Origin: the human T2T-CHM13v2.0 reference genome, Homo sapiens
Length of the DNA: 64,000 bases
NCBI RefSeq assembly: GCF_009914755.1
Contig: NC_060925.1
Strand: one strand, 5' to 3'
The notes beneath the pieces were generated by a model. The model saw nothing but the letters and a program-made list of their open reading frames with translations. It was not told where the DNA came from and ran no database searches. Of the stretch, positions 54,618 to 64,000 are shown one piece after another. The stretch's first letter is position 1. Each line of letters starts with the position of its first letter. A program made the position numbers and the translations under genes.

Positions 54618-55357
54618 AAGTGCTTTTAATTAAAGCTTTAAGAAATAATCTTTCTAAACATTTAAGCAAATTTTGTAAATCTGACAAATCAAACTTATAA
54701 ATATAAATAGGGTTTTCCTAAAATTTATGTTATGCTCACAAACTTAATTTCTTTCATACCTTTTAAATTAAAATATCAGTTAGATATTTCAATGTAAAAT
54801 TAAAAGCTGTCATGTTAGATTTTCTTAAACAGTTTGAAATTTAACAAATCTGTAAAAGAAAATGTTTCAGACAATTTATGAGAATATGACAAAGTTTTAT
54901 TACCATCTTGATACAAAAGAAGAGGGCCTAGTAGGCCAATTAAAACATTCATTTTCTATAGATCCATTATACAGGAAAAGGAATGATTACATAATTCACG
55001 TTAGATTTGTGAAGAAAATATTCAAAGATTTAGAAATTGGCAAAAGAGATGATTGTCCTTTTAGAGGAGTGTTTAAATGAGATTCCCTTTAGGGATAATG
55101 GGACTTTATAGGGTGTGTACCTTTGCGTTTCTCTGTCCAGACTAGTTTACAACCCTGTAGGAGAGGAAATTAAATTGTAGAAACTGATAGTATTCAAATG
55201 AGTCTCACTCATGACAATGCAAAAGAAACTTGTCCTGTAGAGATACAATTTATTTTTACCCTGTAGAAGAGATCATCTGAAACACTAAATTTTAAGTTGT
55301 TAACCAGGTTGTATCTCTTAGCAGATTCATTTAGCAGCTCCAATTGCCTGTATAATA

Positions 55358-55402
55358 GACAGATTAGTTAGTTAGATAGGTAGGTAGATAGGTAGATAGA
55401 TG

Positions 55403-55451
<49 letters not shown>
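55358..55451. repeat. Compound (GATA)n/(TAGG)n tetranucleotide STR
   Basis: 12 perfect GATA units at 55403-55450, preceded by TTAG/TAGG variants. Confidence 0.97.
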
Positions 55452-55465
55452 TGCTTCACATTATA

Positions 55466-55717
55466 ATTTTTTTTTTTTAATTTAAGAGATGTGGTCTCAC
55501 TCTGTCTCCCAGGCTATAGTGCAGTGGCACAATCATAGTTCATTGCATCCTAGAATGCCTGAGCTCAAACCATCCTCCTGCCTCAGCCCACTGAGTAGAC
55601 GACAGGTGTGGTCACCATGCCTGGAGAATTTGCTTCATACTTTTAGAGATGGTCTTGTTGTGTTGCCTATGCTGATCTCGAACTCTTGGCCTTAAGCAGT
55701 CTTCCTGCCTCAGACTC
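55466..55717 (-). mobile_element. AluJ, diverged and 5'-truncated
   Basis: ggtctcactctgtctcccaggc...gaactcttggccttaagcagtcttcctgcctcag. Confidence 0.88.
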
Positions 55718-57546
55718 TAAATTCTCCTTCTTAAAAAAAAATTAAAATTGATATATATGTACATATTTATGGGGTACATGTGAAAATTTAATACATTCAT
55801 ATAATGTGTACAGATCAAATCAGTGTAATTATGATATCTACCATCTTAAATATTTATCTTTTCTTTATGTTAGAAACATTCAAATCATTCTTTTCTAGTT
55901 TTTGAAATATATAATAGATTATTGTAAACTGTAGTCCAGTTGGTATCTATCAAACACTAGGTCTTATTTCTTCTATCAAACTGTATATTTATACCCATTA
56001 TTTAAACTCTCTTCATCCTCCCTCTCTCCTACCCTTCCTGGCTTCTGGTAACCACCAATCTACTCTCTATCTTCATGAGATCCACTTTTTTAGCTCCCAT
56101 ATTTGAACAAGAACATGTGATGTTTATCTTTCTGTGATTGTCTCATTTCACATAATGACCTCCACTTCCATCTATGTGGTTGCAAGTGACAGGATTTCAT
56201 TCCTTTTTATGGGTCAGTAATATTTCATTGTGTATCTATACCACATTTTCTTTATTCATCCATCTATGGGCACACTGGTTGATTCCATATTTTGGCTATT
56301 GTGAATAGTGCTGCAATGAACATGGGAATGCAGATATGTCTTCAATATATTTATTTTCTTTCTTTTGGATATATATGCAGTAGTGAAATTGCTGGACCAT
56401 ATACTAGTTCTATTTTAAGTTTTTTGAGAAGCCTCCATACAGGCTGTACTCCATACAGCTGCCTTACTAATTTATACACACAGCAACAGTGTATGAGGGT
56501 TGCCCTTTCTACACACCCTCACCAGCATTCATTACTCCCTGTGTTTTTGATAAATCTTTGCCCAGAACAATGTCCTGGAGCATTTCCCCAGTGTTTTCTT
56601 CTAGTATTTTTGTAGTTTCAGGTTTTGCATTTAAGTCTTTAATCCATTTTGATTTGATTTTCATATGTGGTGAGAGATAGGGGTCTAATTTCATTTTTGT
56701 GCATATAGTTATCTAGTTTTCCCAATACCATTTATTGAAGAGAATGTCTTTTCTCCATTGTATGTTCTTGGCACCTTTGTCAAAGATGAGTTGGCTATAA
56801 ATACATGCATTTACGTCTGGGTTCTCTATTTTGTTCTGTTGGTCTATATGTCCTTTTATGTCAGTACCATACTTATTTGGTTACTTTGTAGTACATGTTG
56901 TAGTGTATTTTGAAGTCAAATCGTATGATGCCTCCAGCTTTGTTCTTTTGATTCAGGATTGCATTCGCTATTTGGGGTATTTTGTGGTTCTTTATGAATT
57001 TTAGGATTGTTTTTTCTATTTCTGTGAAGAATAACGTTGGTATTTTGGTAAAGATTGCTTTAAATTTGTAGAGTGCTTTGGGTAGAATTGTCATTTCACA
57101 ATATTAATTCTTCCAATCTGTGAGCATGTAATGTATTTCTATTTTTTCATGTCCTCTTCAATTTCTTTTATCAGTGTTTTAAAGTTTTCCTTGTACAGAT
57201 GTTTCACTTTGGTTAAATTGATTCCTAGGTATTTTATATTATTTGTAGTTGTGTTAAATGGAATTGCTTTCTTGGTTTATTTTTCAGATTGTTTTCTGTT
57301 GGCATATATAAATGCTGCTAATTTTTGTATGTTAATTTTGTATTCTGCAAGTTTAACAAATTTATCAGTTAAATTTAACAGTTTTTTTGATGGAATCTTT
57401 AGGTTTTTCTAAGTATAACATTATGTCATCTGCAAATAGAGACAATTTGATTTCCTCTTTTCCAATTTGTATAAGTTTTATTTATTTTCCTTGCTTAATT
57501 GCTTTGGTCAGTACTTCCAGTATTATGTTGAATAAAAGTAAGAAAG

Positions 57547-57851
<305 letters not shown>

Positions 57852-58094
57852 TATTAATGAAGGTGGATGTCCTTGTCTTCTTCTAGATTTTAGAGAAAAG
57901 TCTTTTAATTTTACCTGTTTAATATGATGTTAGCTGTGGGTTTGTCATAGATAGTCTTTATTATTTTGAGATATGTTCCGTTTATACCCACTTTGTTGAG
58001 AGTTTTTATCAGAAAGAATGTTGAATTTTACTGAATGCTTTTTTGGCACCTATTGAAATGATCATAGTTTTTGTCCTTGATTGTATTAATGTAA

Positions 58095-58478
58095 TGTATT
58101 AGTCGGTTCTCACACTGCTATGAAGAACTACCTGAGACTGGGTAATTTATGAAGAAAAGAGGTTTAATTGACTCACAGTTCCGCACGCTGTACAGGAAAC
58201 ATGGCTGGCAGGCCTCAGGAAACTTACAATCATGATGGAAGGGTGAAGGGGAAGCAAGCACATCTTCACATGGCAGCAGGGGAGAGAGAGAGTGAAGGGG
58301 GAAGTGCTACACACTTTTAAGCAACCAGATCTCATGATAACTCAGCCACTATCATGAGAACAGCAAGGGGGACCTATGCCCCCATGCTCCAGTCACCTCC
58401 CACCAGGTCCTTCCCCCAACATTGGGAATTACAATTCAGTATGAAATTTGGGTAGTGACACAAAGCCAAACCATATAA
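58095..58478 (-). mobile_element. MSTA (MaLR) solo LTR inside L1
   Basis: tgtattagtc...actacctgagactgggtaatttatgaagaaaagagg...gccaaaccatat. TSD tgtaa/tgtga. Confidence 0.92.
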
Positions 58479-61400
58479 TGTGATGTATCATGTTTATTGA
58501 TTTATGTATGTTGAACAATCCTTGCATCTCTGGGATGAATCCCATTTGATCACAGTGTGTGCTTTTTTAAGTGTGTTGTTGAATTTGGTTTGTTAGTATT
58601 TTATTGAGGATTTTTGTGTTTATGTTCGTCAGGGATATTGGCCTGTAGTTTTCTTTCTTTTGTTATGTTTTTGCCTGATTTTAGTATCAATGCTGGCCTC
58701 ATAGAATGAGTTTAGAATATTCTCTCCTCTTTGATTTGTTTAAAGATTTTGAGTAGAGTTGGCATTAGATTTCAAAAATGTATTTGGTAGAATTCTGTGG
58801 TAAAGCCATCAAGTCCTAGGCTTTTCTTTTATGGGAGACTTTTTATTATGGCTTCAATCTTGTTATTTGTTGCTGGTTTGTTAAGGTTTTCTATTTATTC
58901 ATGGTTCAATCATAGTAGGTTGCATGCGTTCAGGAATTTATCCATTTCTTCTAGGTTTTCTAATTTGTTGACATATAGTTGTTCATAATAGTTGTTAATG
59001 ATTCTTTTTATTTTTGTGATCTCTGTTGTTGTGTCTCCTTTTTTGGCTTCTGAATACATTTATTTGATCTTCTCTCTTTTTTTTTCTTAATCTAGCTAAA
59101 GGTTTGCCAATTTTGTGTGTCTTTTAAAAAATCAAGTTTTCACTTTGTTGATTATCTGCCTTTAGTTTCAATTTTGTTTATTTCTGCTCTGATTTTTATT
59201 ATTTCTTTCCTTCTACTAATTTTGGGTTTGATTTGTTTTTGCTTTTCTAGTTCCTTAAGGTGCATCATTAGGTTGTTTATTTGAAGTCTTTCTACCTTTT
59301 TGATATAGGTATTTATTGATACAAACTTCCCTCTCAGTACTACTTCTGCTGTATCCCATAGATTTTGCTATGTTGTATTTCCATTTTTAATTGTTTAAAA
59401 AATGTAAATTTATTTCTTAATTTCTTCATTGACCTATTGCTCATTCAGGAGTAAGTTGCTGAATTTCAAAATGTTTCTGTATTTTATGAGGTTTCCCTTG
59501 TTAACAATTTTTAGTTCAATTCAATTGTAGTCAGAAAGATACTTGATATAATTTCTACTTTTTTGGAATTTGCTGAGACTTGTTTTGTGGCCTAATATAT
59601 GGTCTATTCTGGAGAATGTTTTAAGTACTCATGAAAAGAATGTGAATTCTGTATCAGTTGCGTATATTGTTCTGTAAATGTCAATTAGGCTAATTTGGTC
59701 TATTGTGTAGCTTAACTCCAATGTTTATTTGTTGATTTTCTGTTGGGATGATCTGTCCATTACTGAGACTGGGGTATTGAAGTCCCCTACTGTTATTGTA
59801 TTGCCATCTGTCTCTCTCTTCCTTTAGATCTATTAATGTTTACTTATATACTTGGTGCTCCAGTGTCAGATAAAGAGATATTTATAACTGTTATACCCTT
59901 TTACTGAATTGACCCTTTTATCATTATATATAGTGACCTTCTTTGTCTTTTTTTTACAGTCTTTGATTTGTAGTCTACTGTATCTCATATAAATGTAGCT
60001 ACTCTTGCTTGTTTTTTATTTCCAGTTGCATGGATTATCTTTTTTAACTCCTTCAGCTTTAGTCTATGTGTATCTTTAGAGATGAAGTGGGTTTCTTGTA
60101 GGAAGAATATAGTTGGGGCTTCTTTATTCATTCAGCCATTCTATGCCTTTTAATTGGAGAATTCGGTCCATTTACACTGTGTTGTTATTGACAAGTAAAG
60201 ACTTACTACTATCATTTTGTTGTCTATTTTCTGGTTGTTTTGTAATTCTTTTCTTTCTTTCTTCTTTTTTTAACTGTCTTCCTTTGTGGTTAAGTGATTT
60301 TCTTTGATAGTGTGTTTTAATTCATTCTTATTTTTAGTGAATCTATTATAGGTTTTTGCATTTGTGGTTATCATGAGACTTAGAAAATCCATCTTATAGA
60401 TAAAATAAATTATTTTAAAGAGATAAAAACTTAGATCACAAAGAAAGTTAAAAAAAGCAAAAATGCAAAAATTCTACATTTTAACTTCTGTCCCCCATTT
60501 GACTTTAAGTTGTCTTGATTTACATATTTTTATATTGCCAATCTCTTAACAGGTTACTGTTGGTATTATGGTTTTTTGTAGATTTGCCTTTGGGGCTTCA
60601 CACTAGAGTTATGAATAGATTGTACACCTGTTGCAGTAGTAGAGTATTCTGTGATTTTCTATGTACTTAATTATACCGGTGGGTTTTATACTTTGAAAAA
60701 TTATCTGTTTGCATGTTAATGTTTTTTTTTTCCCTTCCAGATTGAAGGACTGTCTGTAGCATTTTTTGTAAGACGGGTCTGGTGGTGGTAAATTCTCTCA
60801 GCTTTTGATTGTTGAGGAAAAACCTTTCATATTTGAAGATAGATTTGATGAATACAGTATTCTTGGAGGGTAGTTTTTTCTTTCATTACTTTGAAAATAT
60901 TGTCCCACTACTTCCTGGCCTGTATGGTTTCCACTGAGAATTGTGTCACCAGATGAATTGGAGCTTTGTTTATATATTATTTGCTTTTCTTCCTCTTTCT
61001 GCTTTTAGGATGCTTTCTATCACTTTAGCTTTAGAAAGTTGAATTGTTATAGGTCTTGTGGTAGTCTAATTTGGGTTGAATCTGTTTGGTGTTTTCTGAC
61101 CTTCCTGTTCCTGGATATTTATCTCTTTCTCACATTTAGAAAGTTTTCTGTTATTGTTTTTTTCTCTTTGAATAAGCTTTCTACCCCTTGTTCTTGCTCA
61201 ACTGCCTCTTGAAAATTAATAATTCTTAGATTTGGTCTTTTGAAGTAATTTTCTAAATTTTATGAAATATTTTCATGCTTTTCATTCTTTTTTCTTTTTT
61301 TACTCTCTGACTGTTTTTTTCAAATAGCCTATCTTCGAGCTCACTGATTCTTTTCTCTGCTTGATTTATTCTGTTCTTCAAACCCTCTAATAAATTTTTG

Positions 61401-63027
61401 AGTTTAGCAAATACATTTCTCAGTTCCAAGATATCTGTTTGATTTTAAAAAATTATTTCAATCTCTGTTAGAGATCCCTGATAATTTTTAAATATGCCTT
61501 TCTGTGTAATCTTGAAAATCACAGAGTTTTCTCAAAACTGCTATTTTGAATTCTTGATCAGAGAGTTAACATATTGCCATTTTGTTAGGGTCAGTACCTG
61601 ATTCCTTGGTTTGTCCACTTGGGGAGGTTATGGTTTCTTGTCTGCTGTTTCTTGTGGATGTACATCCATGTTTTTGCATTAAACGATTATTTATTCCAGG
61701 CTTCTGTGTATGACCTGTTTTGATTTACATTGGACATGTTTGCTTAGAGATTCTTCATAATTTAGCTGTTAATTGTCATTATTTTTATCACCCCAGCTAG
61801 GTCACTGCCTCCTTTTGGTCACTAGATGGCAGCTTAAGCCCAAGATTTCCTTGGTTCTAGGCAATCAGAGTGCCTCCCTTCTCGAATGGGAGGATATCCC
61901 AAAACGGATATCTTGAGTGCGGGAAGGCTGGCTAGGGGTTTGTGCCAGGGAAGCTGTTACACAAACCTCCTATAACATGGTGCTGTTGAACAGCCACTCT
62001 GATTTGATGTCTCTTTTGGCTGAGTTACAGAGACGTTTCCAGTTTTACAGATAGTATTCCCATCTCTGCTCTTTGTCTCTGTCCTCAGAGATATTTCTTT
62101 AGGCACTCCTGATGATTCCTGTGGCTTGAGGCAGAGACAGGTTTACTGCCAAGAAACCCAAGGTGGTTAAGAAGCTGGTTGTCCACATCATCTCATTTTT
62201 TTTTATTGTAGAAACCCTAAGTTGGGGAGAAATTTTCCATGTTCTTGCTGTTGAACAGATTTGGGGGAGCGGTATCACGGATATGGAAGTCCAACTTTCT
62301 TACTGTGTGTTGAAAGGTTTTTTCCCTTCTCTGTGGTCCCAGGAATGATCTGACCCTTCTATTTGAGCTCTAGAATATTGCTAGTGATGATGTTAGAGCT
62401 GTATATATGTTTCTGGTTTTCTATGTGTATGTGGTGGCAGTGGTGGGGAGGGTGAAGCCAGCTTGCTTCTATGCCACCATTTTGAAACTGGAAGTCCTCT
62501 CAGATTCTCCTTTCAACCAATTTTAATACCTTATTGATTTCCTCATTAATTAATGTTAAAATCTTTGATGTTATTTCTTGTTTAAGAGAGTTATGGTCTA
62601 AATTTTTTGAAGAACCATACTTGAGTAGATTAGATTTTTAAAAAGAATGCTTGGTTAGGAGTCTTTGACTGACAAGTGATAGTCAACACGGTGAGAGTGA
62701 GCTTGGAGAACAAGCCTTAATCCCTTTAAATATTTTCAAAAAATTGCTTATGTATTTTTTAAAAAGTTTGGCTTTATTACCAGAAGGAAGTTTTGAATGA
62801 CAGCATAGAATGTATTTTTTTCCCTGAATCAGTTTTGGAAAAAAGACTACAAACATTTATAATTTAAAACCTTACTCCTAATATTTCTGAGGTTGCCAAA
62901 CCACATGCCCATCTTTGGCTTAGTGTAGAAACTTAAAACAATTCTGCCCAAGCCACAGGTAAATATGCTGACACCTCCCCCTCACTATCTGCTTATCCAC
63001 TGCCCTGCTTTGAAGGAAATTTTTAAG

Positions 63028-63029
<2 letters not shown>

Positions 63030-63062
<33 letters not shown>
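63030..63062. repeat. (GT)n microsatellite
   Basis: About 16 GT units. Confidence 0.97.
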
Positions 63063-63063
<1 letters not shown>

Positions 63064-63668
63064 TATGTGCATTATGTATTTTGCTTTCTTGGCCTTTCTA
63101 CTTTTCATTCATTTCATTCCCTGGATTTTGTTAGGTGAAATTATTCCTTAAAATGGTTGCAGCTCTTATCTTTGCAGCAGGGTTACAGTCAACAAATTAT
63201 TTTATTGCCTTATTGCCTTCTTTATATTTATCATTTCATTCTTGTTATATCTTTATTATCTTGCTTATTAGACACTTTTTAAAAAAAATTGGCACTAGTC
63301 TTCACTCTGCTGCAGTTCATACAGAACAAAGTACATTTTTCTAGCATACCAGGTGCCTCTTGCTCTCAGATCTTTGTACTTAAACTGGGAATAATTCTGC
63401 AAATATTTCTGAAATGAACTTCCTGTGGAAAGCTTTTCCCTCTGTGCTCCCACTAGCTTTATATATTTTTCCTGTAGTGCTTATAACACTGTACTGTAAA
63501 TACATATTTCCTTGTATATTATATCCAATAGACTTTAATTTGAAGATAGTGACAATGCCTTGTCCCCTCCTGGAGCTTCCACACTAGTCTAAGGAAATTC
63601 ATGTAGAAGTGCTTAATTACATACTATGAGAAAAAAAATAGATGAAGTTCAAGGGACAGATGAGATTT

Positions 63669-63885
63669 CTTTTTTTGAGGCAGGGTCTTGCTGTCCCCAG
63701 GTTGGAGTACTGTGGCATGATCATGGCTTATTCGCCGCAGCCTCTACCTCCCAGGCCCAAGCGATCCTCCTACCTCAGCCTCCTGAGTAGCTGGGACTAT
63801 AGGCACATGCCACCATGCTTGGCTTAATTTTTGTATTTTTATTTTTTTTTTTAGAGACAGGATCTCACTATGTTGCTCAGGCTGA
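63669..63885 (-). mobile_element. 5'-truncated AluJ
   Basis: Right arm plus part of the left arm. TSD ggacag(a/c)tgagattt at 63654-63668 and 63886-63900. Confidence 0.92.
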
Positions 63886-63937
63886 GGACAGCTGAGATTT
63901 TAACACTATATTCTGATCTACAAAAAAGATTGGACAT

Positions 63938-64000
63938 AATGGGGTTCAGGATATGCTACCACAGAATATGGCCCCTGGGCACATTGGATATTTTAAGCAG
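63938..64000 (+). mobile_element. Start of a MER34-group LTR (runs off the window)
   Basis: ggggttcaggatatgctaccacagaatatggc. Confidence 0.6.

Overview
Primate (human-like) AT-rich, CpG-depleted DNA made up mostly of interspersed repeats. I see no convincing host protein-coding gene, RNA gene or CpG island. Nearly all ORFs in the track are Alu, L1 or ERV read-throughs or chance frames. Main content: about 19 Alu elements or fragments, several L1s (including a near full-length L1MA-type copy at 55730-62501), many solo LTRs, a MER31/MER4-group proviral remnant (~28347-39420), and a 7.3-kb HERV9/LTR12 provirus (40370-47690). The provirus is the most unusual object. It has a tRNA-Pro-type primer-binding site, and in place of its integrase and env-SU it carries a second, multiply deleted RT/RNase H segment from a different (HERV-I/IP10-like) lineage. 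Other highlights: an orphan 3'UTR-like retrocopy with a TSD (2881-3359), a four-deep TE nest with readable TSDs, an Alu split by an L1, a 27-bp exact direct repeat 1.69 kb apart in unique DNA, and CTCF-like motifs. Subfamily names come from recalled consensus motifs and need RepeatMasker/Dfam confirmation.
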